Positions 8,926 through 16,757 of a DNA stretch of 64,000 bases are shown one piece after another (position 1 is the stretch's first letter; each line of letters begins with the position of its first letter). The notes below the pieces were generated by a model that saw nothing but the letters and a program-made list of their open reading frames with translations, was not told the DNA's origin and did no database searches. The DNA comes from an uncultured Gammaproteobacteria bacterium (GTDB lineage Bacteria; Patescibacteriota; Patescibacteriia; Patescibacteriales; GWE2-39-37). The position numbers were made by a program, and so were the translations under genes. Where the stretch lies: the NCBI GenBank assembly GCA_964443495.1, contig CAYUCS010000003.1:4031-68030 (forward strand), in the 5' to 3' direction.

Positions 8926-9348
8926 TTAGTGGCCTGGGCAGATCGCGCTGCCTGCATCGGACGAAACTCGCCAGACACAAGCGGTAACATAGTTCGAAAT
9001 GCCCCAGGAGGCTAATATTATCACTAGACCGATAATGCCCGCCGTAATCCTTTTCTTGGCCTCGCCGATCTTAGACGAGTCGCCCGCCGAAGTCATCCAT
9101 TGGTAGCCGGCAAAAACCACCAAGACGGTAAAGATTATCCCCAAAAACCCCAATAATACGTTTATTATCCTAGCCACAATCACTCTTATGTCAGTGGGTT
9201 CGTCACCCTGGGAAAAAGCGTCTTCGCCGATAGTATCAAGTCCGCCCTCCTTGACCGAATCAAGCAAGCCGCCAGCCTGGACCTGGTAGGCTAATGAAAA
9301 ACATAGCAAAATCAATAGAAACGAGAGGGCGAATTTTATTTTCCTCAT
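8926..9348 (-). CDS. VirB2/TrbC-like pilin-type protein, paralog P2
   Basis: Signal peptide ending QVQA and the core VIVARIINVLLGFLGIIFTVLVVFAGYQWMTSAGDSSKIGEAKKRITAGIIGLVIILASWGIS. Its closest paralog is P3. Confidence 0.6.
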   Translation of the reverse strand: MRKIKFALSFLLILLCFSLAYQVQAGGLLDSVKEGGLDTIGEDAFSQGDEPTDIRVIVARIINVLLGFLGIIFTVLVVFAGYQWMTSAGDSSKIGEAKKRITAGIIGLVIILASWGISNYVTACVWRVSSDAGSAICPGH

Positions 9349-9420
9349 ATCGGGAGGGTTACTAATAAGTATTATGATTATACCATAATCAGCTTATTAA
9401 AAAAATGCTACAATAGTATA

Positions 9421-9583
9421 AGAGCCCGTCTAATAAGCTCATTTCTACTGTGGCTTTCAGATTTCGGCATAATTTTTTCTAAATTTTTTCACCTATATAG
9501 ACCATATAAGCTCAAAAATTTATAAGAAATTCTGCTCGAAATCTGTAACCCTCGTTACGAAAGCAGCTTATTAGACAGGCTCT
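9421..9583. repeat. 163-bp imperfect palindrome (nested inverted repeats), probably the structured 5' leader of the flippase operon
   Basis: Outer arms 9421-9439 and 9565-9583 are complementary at 18 of 19 positions. Inner arms 9458-9466 and 9537-9545 match 9 of 9, and the flanking arms are also largely complementary. Confidence 0.6.
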
Positions 9584-9646
9584 TGGGGCGGTTGACCATT
9601 GGCTCATAAATCCCTAAACTTAACATACTAATCCTATCGCCATTAC

Positions 9647-11062
9647 ATGAATTTAGCCTCTAAAGTTGCACTAAATACCGTTATCCAGCTTTTCAGCAAG
9701 ATAGTTTCGATAGCTCTCGGCCTGGCCACCATCGCTATTATGACCCGTTATCTGGGTCAGGACGGTTTCGGCCAATACACCACGGTCATTACCTTTCTTT
9801 CATTCTTCGCCGTTGCGGCCGATCTGGGCCTAACCCTGGTAACCGTCCAGATGATCAGCCAGCCCGACGCCGACCAAGACGCCATCTTGAGCAATCTTTT
9901 CAGCTTACGGCTCTTCTCAGCCCTGGCCCTACTGATCATTGCGCCGCTCAGCATCTGGTTCCTGCCCTACGAAAACAGCATCAAGATCGGCGTTGCCATC
10001 GCGACCGCTTCGTTTCTGTTTCCCGCCTTGAACCAGATCCTAGTCGGCCTGTTCCAAAAAACCTTGCGCCTAGACAAAGTGTCATTGGCTGAAATATTCA
10101 GCCGCATCGTCCTGTTCGTTGGTACCTGGGTTTCCATCAAGGCCGACTGGGGGCTCAACGGCATCCTTTGGGCCAGCGTCGCCTCGGCCGCCAGCAGTTT
10201 CCTGCTCCATTATCTGTTTTCCCTGAAACTCGCGCGCATCTCAATAAATTTCAATTGGGAAATCTGGCGCGACATCATCCGTCACTCCTGGCCGATCGGC
10301 CTGACAATCGTCTTCAATCTTGTCTATCTGCGAGCCGACACCTTGATCCTCTCGTTGTTCCGCAGCTCGAATGAAGTCGGGATTTACGGCGCCACCTACA
10401 AAGTCATCGACGTCCTTATCACCATACCATTCATCTTTGCCGGCATCGTCCTGCCAATCATGACGGCTGGCTGGCGCAATGACAAGCGCCAATTCGAGCG
10501 GGTGCTGCAAAAATCGTTCGACCTGATGGCTATCCTGGCGATACCGCTGTTTTTCGGCGCCCAATTCTTGGCTGACCGGCTTATGACCCTGGTGGCTGGC
10601 AGCGACTTCGCCGCCTCGGGCCCGGTCTTGCGCATCCTAATATTGGCCGCCAGCATCATCTTCGTCGGCACTATGTTCTCGCACGCCGTTATAGCAGTCG
10701 ATAAGCAGCGCAAGATCATCGGCGCCTATTTTTTCGTGGCGATTACCGCCTTGATCGGATACCTGATACTGATTCCGCGATATTCATATTTCGGTGCCGC
10801 CTGGATGACTATCTACAGCGAGTTGAGCATTGCACTCGCCTCGGGCTGGCTAGTCTGGCGGACCAGCGCCTTTTATCCGGACTTCAGGATCGCAGGCAGA
10901 GCCTTGCTGGCCTGTCTGCCGATGAGCGCCTGGCTCCTTTACGCCGGCAACCTCAACCTATGGCTCGTGATCACGATTGCCTGCCTGATCTACTTCGTTG
11001 CCCTCTACTTGATCAAAGGCATCACGCGCCAGGACGTTTTGACATTAATGGCTAGAGAATAA
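9647..11062 (+). CDS. MOP-superfamily oligosaccharide/polysaccharide flippase (Wzx/MurJ-like)
   Basis: 471 aa with about 12-14 TM segments and an N-terminus typical of polysaccharide biosynthesis flippases. Confidence 0.65.
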   Translation: MNLASKVALNTVIQLFSKIVSIALGLATIAIMTRYLGQDGFGQYTTVITFLSFFAVAADLGLTLVTVQMISQPDADQDAILSNLFSLRLFSALALLIIAPLSIWFLPYENSIKIGVAIATASFLFPALNQILVGLFQKTLRLDKVSLAEIFSRIVLFVGTWVSIKADWGLNGILWASVASAASSFLLHYLFSLKLARISINFNWEIWRDIIRHSWPIGLTIVFNLVYLRADTLILSLFRSSNEVGIYGATYKVIDVLITIPFIFAGIVLPIMTAGWRNDKRQFERVLQKSFDLMAILAIPLFFGAQFLADRLMTLVAGSDFAASGPVLRILILAASIIFVGTMFSHAVIAVDKQRKIIGAYFFVAITALIGYLILIPRYSYFGAAWMTIYSELSIALASGWLVWRTSAFYPDFRIAGRALLACLPMSAWLLYAGNLNLWLVITIACLIYFVALYLIKGITRQDVLTLMARE

Positions 11063-11065
11063 ACT

Positions 11066-12187
11066 ATGTTCAAAAAAATCATCATATACTCCTCGATCAA
11101 CAGCTCTTTGCAGCCGTTCGGCTATCTCTTTGAAGAGCTCAGCCAACGCGGCTTCGCCTTCGAGCTGCGCACCAACAGCCCATGCGACCTCTTGAAGCTT
11201 TTTAATGAACAGCACTGGCAGAGAAAGCTTGCCTGGCTCGGCCCGAAATCCGGCAGCAAGCTGTCAGAACGGCTTTTCCGGTTTTTCCTGCCACTCATCC
11301 GCTTGGGTATCTACGCCAATTGGCAATGGAACAAAAAGAACCTGCCGGCCGCCATTATTTGCTTCGGCTGGGCGGAAAAGCTCCTTTTTACCGGTGTTGC
11401 CAAACGGCTGGGCATAAAAGTGCTGTGGCTTGAGCTGCCGGACAATCAGATTCCTCGCTTCAGTTGGAAGGCCTATAAAAAACTGAGCCGCTCAGCCACC
11501 ATCATCACCCTAAACCATTACACCAAAACCAAGCTGGAACAGAACGGCATCGAGCCTGACAGCATCCGCGTGGTGCAGCCAGGCATCAAGCTCCAGCAAT
11601 ACACCCACCAAGACGACCTTTATCATAACTTGGCCGACCGTACGCGGCCAGGGAAAAAATATTTCACCATCGGCACCGTGACCGACCTGGACGAGCAACA
11701 GAAGATCGAATCCCTCTTCCAAGCAGTCAAGAAATGCCTGACCATCATCCCCAATCTGCAGCTGATCGTCGTCGGGGAAGGCAAAGAAAAAAAGAACCTC
11801 CTTTGGCTCGCCAAGAAGATGGAGATAGACAACCTTGTTTGGCTGGTCGGCGAGCAGGCCCATCTGCGCAAATGGATCGAAAATTTCGATCTCTACATCG
11901 CCACCAACGAGCGGCTTGATCTGCACGAACTGGTCACCACTCTTTGCGTCATGTCGGCCGAACGGCCGGTCATCGGGCAAGCGGGCTCCGGCCTGGAGGA
12001 CTTGATCTTCGATGCTAAAACCGGCTATCTGATGGACTTGGCCGATAGCGAAAATCTGGCGGAAAAAATCATGGTCTTGCACCAGGACAAGGATATCCGC
12101 CGCCAGCTTGGCAAACAGGCCCTGGAAAGGGTTGAAAAATATTTTACTTCCGCTAAGATGCTTGAACAGTTCGAAAAATTATTATAA
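11066..12187 (+). CDS. GT-B glycosyltransferase (family 4/1-like)
   Basis: The C-terminal half has the GT4 pattern (VGEGKEK, GLEDLIFDAKTG). It lies 3 nt after the flippase. Confidence 0.7.
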   Translation: MFKKIIIYSSINSSLQPFGYLFEELSQRGFAFELRTNSPCDLLKLFNEQHWQRKLAWLGPKSGSKLSERLFRFFLPLIRLGIYANWQWNKKNLPAAIICFGWAEKLLFTGVAKRLGIKVLWLELPDNQIPRFSWKAYKKLSRSATIITLNHYTKTKLEQNGIEPDSIRVVQPGIKLQQYTHQDDLYHNLADRTRPGKKYFTIGTVTDLDEQQKIESLFQAVKKCLTIIPNLQLIVVGEGKEKKNLLWLAKKMEIDNLVWLVGEQAHLRKWIENFDLYIATNERLDLHELVTTLCVMSAERPVIGQAGSGLEDLIFDAKTGYLMDLADSENLAEKIMVLHQDKDIRRQLGKQALERVEKYFTSAKMLEQFEKLL

Positions 12188-12191
12188 AACC

Positions 12192-13124
12192 ATGAAATTC
12201 ACCATTAACGCTGAAAACGCCGGCAATCGCTTAGACAAGTTCCTCGCTGAAGCCCTAAAAGACACGACCCGCAGCCAATTACAGAAATCGATTAAAAACG
12301 GATCCGTCCTGGTAAACGGCCAGACTGTCAGCCCTCACCAATTTTTAAAAGAAGGCGACCGGATCGATTTTGTCGAAGCCAAACCCAAGACAGTCAAAGA
12401 GAAGGCTGCCGTCCAGGCCAGCCAGATGCCGCATATTGAAATCGTCGCTGAAAACGACGACTATGTCGTGGTCAATAAGCCGAACGGACTTCTGGCTCAT
12501 GGCGACGAGCACACGATCGAACCGACATTGGCCTCCTGGCTCCTCTCCCGCTACCCGGACATCGCTTCGGTCGGCGACGACCCCTTCCGTCCTGGCATCG
12601 TGCACCGCCTCGACAAGGACGTCAGCGGCTTGATGGTCGTGGCCAAGAACCAGAAATTCTTCAACAAGATCAAAAAGCAATTCCAGAACCGCACCATCTT
12701 CAAGCGCTACACCGCCCTGGCCTACGGCAAGATAGCGCGCGACGAGTTCACCATCAACTTCAATATCGAACGCGCCGTCAGCGGCCACAAGATGGCAGCC
12801 AAGCCGACCAGCCAGGAAGGCAAAGAGGCCGAAAGCGAAGTGTCGGTCATAAAAAGATATATCAACTACACCCTGGTCAAAGTCCGCATCAAGACTGGCC
12901 GAACCCATCAGATTCGCGCCCATTTGGCAGCTTACGGCAACCCGCTGGTCGGCGACCAGCTTTACGGCACCAGCACCACCAAGAAATTGAACGAAAAACT
13001 GAAGACCGATAGGATTTACCTGGTGTCCGACGAGCTCAGCTTCAAAGATGCGACCAACAAAAAGCAAAGCTTTTCGATTGAACTGCCGCAAGAATTCAAC
13101 GACATGCTTGCTCGCATAAAATAA
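12192..13124 (+). CDS. RluA/RluD-family 23S rRNA pseudouridine synthase with an S4 domain
   Basis: S4-like N-terminus (RLDKFL), catalytic HRLDKDVSGLMVVAKN, and GRTHQIRAHL. The start at ATG 12192 avoids overlap with the upstream gene. Confidence 0.85.
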   Translation: MKFTINAENAGNRLDKFLAEALKDTTRSQLQKSIKNGSVLVNGQTVSPHQFLKEGDRIDFVEAKPKTVKEKAAVQASQMPHIEIVAENDDYVVVNKPNGLLAHGDEHTIEPTLASWLLSRYPDIASVGDDPFRPGIVHRLDKDVSGLMVVAKNQKFFNKIKKQFQNRTIFKRYTALAYGKIARDEFTINFNIERAVSGHKMAAKPTSQEGKEAESEVSVIKRYINYTLVKVRIKTGRTHQIRAHLAAYGNPLVGDQLYGTSTTKKLNEKLKTDRIYLVSDELSFKDATNKKQSFSIELPQEFNDMLARIK

Positions 13125-13135
13125 CCTTAAACTTC

Positions 13136-13708
13136 ATGATTATTTCCTTTGGCGGCAACGCCGGCTCCGGCAAATCAACCATCGCCCAAATGCTCGCCGA
13201 CAAGCTCGGCTGGCAACGCTACTACATGGGCGGGTTGCGCCGCGACAAGGCCCGCGAACGGGGCCTGACCCTGGCCGAATACAACCAGCTCGGCGAATCC
13301 GACCCGACGACCGACTTCGAAGTCGATGAATACCAGAAAGAGCTGGCCCAAAAAGAGGACAACTTCGTCATCGAGGGACGCACTTCATGGTATTTCATCC
13401 CACAATCCCTCAAAGTCTTCCTAACCGTCGACGAACGGGTCGGGGCCGAGCGCATCCTAGCCGAACTCAAGCAAGCCAACAGTCGCAACGAAGCCACGGT
13501 CGAAACCGTCGAGGAAATGATGGCCATCAACCGCGAACGCAAAGAGAGCGACGAGCGCCGTTACCGGAAATATTATCACGACATCGAGGTTTACGACCCC
13601 GAAAACTTCGATTTCGTGGTCGATACCACAAATTTGACACCAGAGCAGGTTTTCAGCATAATTTACACCCATGTCCAGGAGCAGCTAGCCAAGGTTGACA
13701 AAACCTAG
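13136..13708 (+). CDS. cytidylate-kinase-family P-loop kinase (archaeal-type CMK-like)
   Basis: Walker A GNAGSGKST, 190 aa, layout like Cytidylate_kin2. Confidence 0.55.
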   Translation: MIISFGGNAGSGKSTIAQMLADKLGWQRYYMGGLRRDKARERGLTLAEYNQLGESDPTTDFEVDEYQKELAQKEDNFVIEGRTSWYFIPQSLKVFLTVDERVGAERILAELKQANSRNEATVETVEEMMAINRERKESDERRYRKYYHDIEVYDPENFDFVVDTTNLTPEQVFSIIYTHVQEQLAKVDKT

Positions 13709-13797
13709 AGAATGTTATAATATCTGGTAAGTAATATCCAAGCTAAAAATAGCCAACAAATAGAACCTCGGTTCTATTTTTATAATCTAAGAATCAT

Positions 13798-14193
13798 ATG
13801 GCAGAAAAGAAAAAGGTCCAAAAGAAGCCACGCGTTGAGAAGGTAATCACCACCGACCTTGAAGCGTTGAACGAGGCCCGCGCCCAGCTGAAGCCGGGAA
13901 TGACCGTACGCATCCACCAGAAAATCAAAGAATTGAACATGAAGAACGAGGAAAAGGAGCGTGTTCAGTATTTTGAGGGCATCATCATCGCCAAGAAGAA
14001 CAACAAGCTGACTGGCGGCACGATTACTGTCCGCAAGGTGACCGACGGTGTCGGTGTCGAGAAGATCTTCCCGATCAACTTGCCGACCATCACCAAGATC
14101 GAGCTGAAAAAGCAGGCCGAAGTACGCCGCGCCAAGCTCTATTTCTTGAAGCGCGACTACAAGAAAAAGCTCAAAGAGAAGAAGATTGCGTAA
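13798..14193 (+). CDS. rplS: 50S ribosomal protein L19
   Basis: L19 pattern: PGMTVRIHQKIKE, ERVQYFEGIIIAKK and ITVRKV..GVGVEKIFP. Confidence 0.93.
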   Translation: MAEKKKVQKKPRVEKVITTDLEALNEARAQLKPGMTVRIHQKIKELNMKNEEKERVQYFEGIIIAKKNNKLTGGTITVRKVTDGVGVEKIFPINLPTITKIELKKQAEVRRAKLYFLKRDYKKKLKEKKIA

Positions 14194-14217
14194 TAATATA
14201 CGCGGCTCTGCCCTTTA

Positions 14218-14304
14218 GGGCAAGTGGTGAAACTGGTAGACACGCAAGCTTGAGGGGCTTGTGGCAGCAATGCCGTGGAGGTTCAAGTCCTCTCTTGCCC
14301 ACCA
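14218..14304 (+). tRNA. tRNA-Leu(GAG), type II with a long variable arm and encoded CCA
   Basis: Acceptor GGGCAAG/CTTGCCC, anticodon loop TTGAGGG, T-arm GGAGGTTCAAGTCCTCT. It aligns along its length with bacterial tRNA-Leu. Confidence 0.9.
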
Positions 14305-14328
14305 GAAGTTGACACAGGCAGAGCCCTT

Positions 14329-14402
14329 GGGCGCATAGCTCAGCTGGTTAGAGCACTTCGTTTACACCGAAGGGGTCCAGGGTTCGAATCCTTGTGCGCC
14401 CA
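14329..14402 (+). tRNA. tRNA-Val(TAC)
   Basis: Acceptor GGGCGCA/TGCGCCC, anticodon stem-loop cttcg-TTTACAC-cgaag, T-loop GGTTCGAATCC. Confidence 0.9.
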
Positions 14403-14410
14403 CCGAAAAA

Positions 14411-14441
14411 AGACACCCGTTACTATGGGTGTCTTTTTTTT
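14411..14441 (+). terminator. Rho-independent terminator of the rplS-tRNA unit
   Basis: 8-bp stem agacaccc/gggtgtct followed by T8. Confidence 0.8.
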
Positions 14442-14549
14442 GCGTTGACAAACAAGGTAAGAGGCTTTGGTGAAGGCGATGGATAAAAATATTTCAATCA
14501 AAAAATCTTTAAAACCGATTAGCAAAAAATGGTGTTAAAATCTTTAAGT

Positions 14550-14590
14550 GAAGGGGCTCCCGCCCCGTTCGAATCCTTGTGCGCCCACCA
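14550..14590 (+). pseudogene. tRNA-Val 3'-half fragment (att-like duplicate)
   Basis: Positions 14567-14589 are identical over 23 nt to the tRNA-Val 3' end at 14382-14404. Upstream gaagggg also matches, but the 5' T-stem strand is destroyed. Confidence 0.8.
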
Positions 14591-14600
14591 AATAACAGAG

Positions 14601-14625
14601 ACAGGCGAAAGCCTGTTTTTGTTTT
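14601..14625 (+). terminator. hairpin terminator after the tRNA fragment
   Basis: acaggc-gaaa-gcctgt followed by a T-run. Confidence 0.65.
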
Positions 14626-14658
14626 GTATTAAAAAATTGGCCTTAACCCTAGTTAATA

Positions 14659-14687
14659 TTGACAAATACTAACATTTATGCTATATT
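14659..14687 (+). promoter_or_regulatory. promoter TTGACA-N17-TATATT (TGC extended -10)
   Basis: Perfect -35, 17-nt spacer ending in tttatgc, then TATATT. Confidence 0.6.
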
Positions 14688-14723
14688 ATAATCATAACAG
14701 CACATTCTTACCATGGAGGGCAC

Positions 14724-14849
14724 ATGCTCAAGAAATTAATCAACCTGCTGAAATCCATCAACCCAATCGTAATCACCCCCAAAACCCCTTCCCCCATGGA
14801 AGACATCGGGAAAAGAATCGCCAAAGACTGGCAAACCAAACCCCTCTGA
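14724..14849 (+). CDS. small protein, 41 aa (MLKKLINLLKSINPIVITPKTPSPMEDIGKRIAKDWQTKPL), not in the ORF track
   Basis: GGAGGG lies 4 nt before ATG 14724 and the ORF ends at TGA 14847-14849. It is bracketed by the promoter at 14659 and the terminator at 14862. Confidence 0.5.
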   Translation: MLKKLINLLKSINPIVITPKTPSPMEDIGKRIAKDWQTKPL

Positions 14850-14861
14850 CACGAGGGCCTG

Positions 14862-14892
14862 CAACACCGGGGAAGAGTCCGCTCTTCCCTTA
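14862..14892 (+). terminator. Rho-independent terminator
   Basis: 8-bp stem gggaagag/ctcttccc followed by a T-rich tail. Confidence 0.65.
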
Positions 14893-14947
14893 TTTATTTT
14901 GAAAAACCGCAACGCCCAGGTATAATTAGGTCACTAACCTGAATCCT

Positions 14948-15193
14948 ATGTGGCACGTATATATAGCCCGCTGCGCCGACGGCACCCTATACACCGGCAT
15001 CGCCAAAGACCTTGAACGGCGGATCAAAGAACACAACTTTTCTGACCTGGGCTCCAAATACGTCAAAGCGCGCCGCCCAGCCAGCTTGGCTTACGCCAAG
15101 CCGTTTTCCGACCGTTCGCAAGCTTCGAAAGAAGAAAGCCGCATCAAGAAGCTGTCCCGCCAGCAAAAATTATTACTGATCAAAAATGCCTGA
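14948..15193 (+). CDS. GIY-YIG nuclease-family protein (UPF0213/YhbQ-like)
   Basis: N-terminal VYIARCADGTLYTGIAKDLERRIKEH; 81 aa. Confidence 0.8.
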   Translation: MWHVYIARCADGTLYTGIAKDLERRIKEHNFSDLGSKYVKARRPASLAYAKPFSDRSQASKEESRIKKLSRQQKLLLIKNA

Positions 15194-15539
15194 ATTAGAC
15201 CCAATCTATTCCGCCTTTCTTGGCCAGGTGGTCACCGTAACGATCGACCGCCCTCTTGCCTCAAAGCACCCGAAACACGGCTTTGTTTATGAACTCAACT
15301 ACGGCTTCATCCCCGGAACAATGGCGCCGGACGGGGAAGAAATCGACGCCTACGTCCTGGGCATCAATCGCCCGATTGAATCTTTCATCGGCCGGTGCAT
15401 CGCCATAATCCATCGGCTCGACGACCAAGACGATAAGCTGATAGTCGTGCCTGACGGCATGAATTTTAACGATGAGGAAATATCGAGCGCCACACGCTTC
15501 CAAGAACAGTATTTCAAATCGATTATTTGCAGAATATAG
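15186..15539 (+). CDS. short inorganic-pyrophosphatase-like domain protein
   Basis: NYGFIPGTMAPDGEEIDAYVL and DDKLIVVP resemble the family I PPase core, but the 117-aa length is shorter than canonical Ppa. Confidence 0.5.
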   Translation: MPELDPIYSAFLGQVVTVTIDRPLASKHPKHGFVYELNYGFIPGTMAPDGEEIDAYVLGINRPIESFIGRCIAIIHRLDDQDDKLIVVPDGMNFNDEEISSATRFQEQYFKSIICRI

Positions 15540-15570
15540 GCATAGTAAATTTCTGCGTAACAAACCAAAC

Positions 15571-15594
15571 AAAAAAGCCAGGAATTACCTGGCT
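15571..15594 (-). terminator. Rho-independent terminator (minus strand)
   Basis: Stem agccagg/cctggct with the U-run only on the minus-strand side. Confidence 0.65.
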
Positions 15595-15602
15595 GAGAAT
15601 GA

Positions 15603-16238
15603 TCAGTGGCTGCTGATCATTTTGAAATAAACATCCTCGATGGCGCACAGATGACGATCCATCAGCTCGTCACCGCGCTCGATCGTTTCGATGTAATTGC
15701 ACCAAAGCGCCTCCGCTATCGTCTGATGTCCGGATGGAACGTATCCGACCAACTTGTCCCTCGAAATATCGATAGCGGCGCTGACCAGCTGGGCAGCCTC
15801 TTCCTCGAACTCCAGGATGCCGTTGATCGCTTCGACCGTTGCCGTAAAAAGAGCATGGATCGATTCATGAGGCGAGACGGCGTGATTACTCATCATGATC
15901 AGGATGTACGCCAAGGAAAAATCCGCCTCAGGGGTCAAGGAACAACACTCATACCAGAAGGCGAAAGGATACTCCTGTTCGCCCTTTTCGTGCAAGAAAT
16001 CATAAACCATGGTTGGAGTATCCTTTGGGCGATTCATTTCTTCCTGCAGCATCGCTTCATAACTCGCCAACGCTTCCAGGTGTTCGTCCTCCAAGGGAAC
16101 CGCGAAGTCAAAATAGTCGTCCTTTTCATCTCCTTCCTCCGTCCTTTCCGGGACGGTGGCGAAATACCGCTCGAGATCCTGCTCTTCAGGCACTTGGTGG
16201 CTGATGAAACCGACTGCTTCGCTCGCAAAATTAGCCAT
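15603..16238 (-). CDS. acidic hypothetical protein (211 aa)
   Basis: GGAGGTG SD lies 5 nt before ATG 16238. The mirror plus-strand ORF is Arg-rich and looks like junk. Confidence 0.55.
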   Translation of the reverse strand: MANFASEAVGFISHQVPEEQDLERYFATVPERTEEGDEKDDYFDFAVPLEDEHLEALASYEAMLQEEMNRPKDTPTMVYDFLHEKGEQEYPFAFWYECCSLTPEADFSLAYILIMMSNHAVSPHESIHALFTATVEAINGILEFEEEAAQLVSAAIDISRDKLVGYVPSGHQTIAEALWCNYIETIERGDELMDRHLCAIEDVYFKMISSH

Positions 16239-16340
16239 GGCGCACCTCCTCGTTAGGATGGCAATGAGCATTTTCTACATCTTACCAAAAGGCAGCCCAA
16301 AAGCAAAATCAAAAGGCATCTCGCGATGCCTTTTATTTTT

Positions 16341-16757
16341 TCAAAAGAACAGGTTCATGAAAACCCAAAGCAGGAGGAGGTGGAGCGTATTATCGACCAC
16401 GGCATAAACCACGCAGCCGAATCCCAAGCCGATGATCGTCGATGGCTCGACCTCGGCGTATTTCTCGCCGGAATAGTAGATGGCGTACAGATCGCGGCCG
16501 CCGATCAGCCGGAGCCATTTGTCGCCGAGGCAGAACCGATCGATCGGCCAATGGCTCAAAAAGACCAAGACCATGACCGAAGGGCGGAAGTCCCACATCA
16601 TCAGGCAGACGCTGGCCGTGTAAAGCGAGCAGTGCCACAGCGACCACGCCAGTCCGGCGGACCCCGCCTCAGTCTTGTTGATAGCCTGCTTCTTGCTCTG
16701 CAAAAGGTAGTCGCCTATCAAATGGCCTAAAACGATCCTGATGAACAAGTCAGCCAT
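16341..16757 (-). CDS. DUF3307-like membrane protein
   Basis: N-terminal GHLIGDYLLQ motif, about 4 TM segments, and SD AAAGGAGAGG. Confidence 0.5.
   Translation of the reverse strand: MADLFIRIVLGHLIGDYLLQSKKQAINKTEAGSAGLAWSLWHCSLYTASVCLMMWDFRPSVMVLVFLSHWPIDRFCLGDKWLRLIGGRDLYAIYYSGEKYAEVEPSTIIGLGFGCVVYAVVDNTLHLLLLWVFMNLFF

Noticed and set aside
14678-14902. 74-aa track ORF downstream of the tRNA-Val fragment
   Set aside because: Its start codon lies inside the spacer and -10 box of the promoter, it has no SD, and it reads through the terminator hairpin. The 41-codon ORF in another frame fits all the signals.
15606-16256. 216-aa plus-strand ORF that exactly mirrors the 15603-16238 minus-strand gene
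   Set aside because: It has no SD, its translation is Arg-rich and low-complexity, and the opposite strand has GGAGGTG plus ATG with a natural acidic protein composition. It is a shadow ORF.
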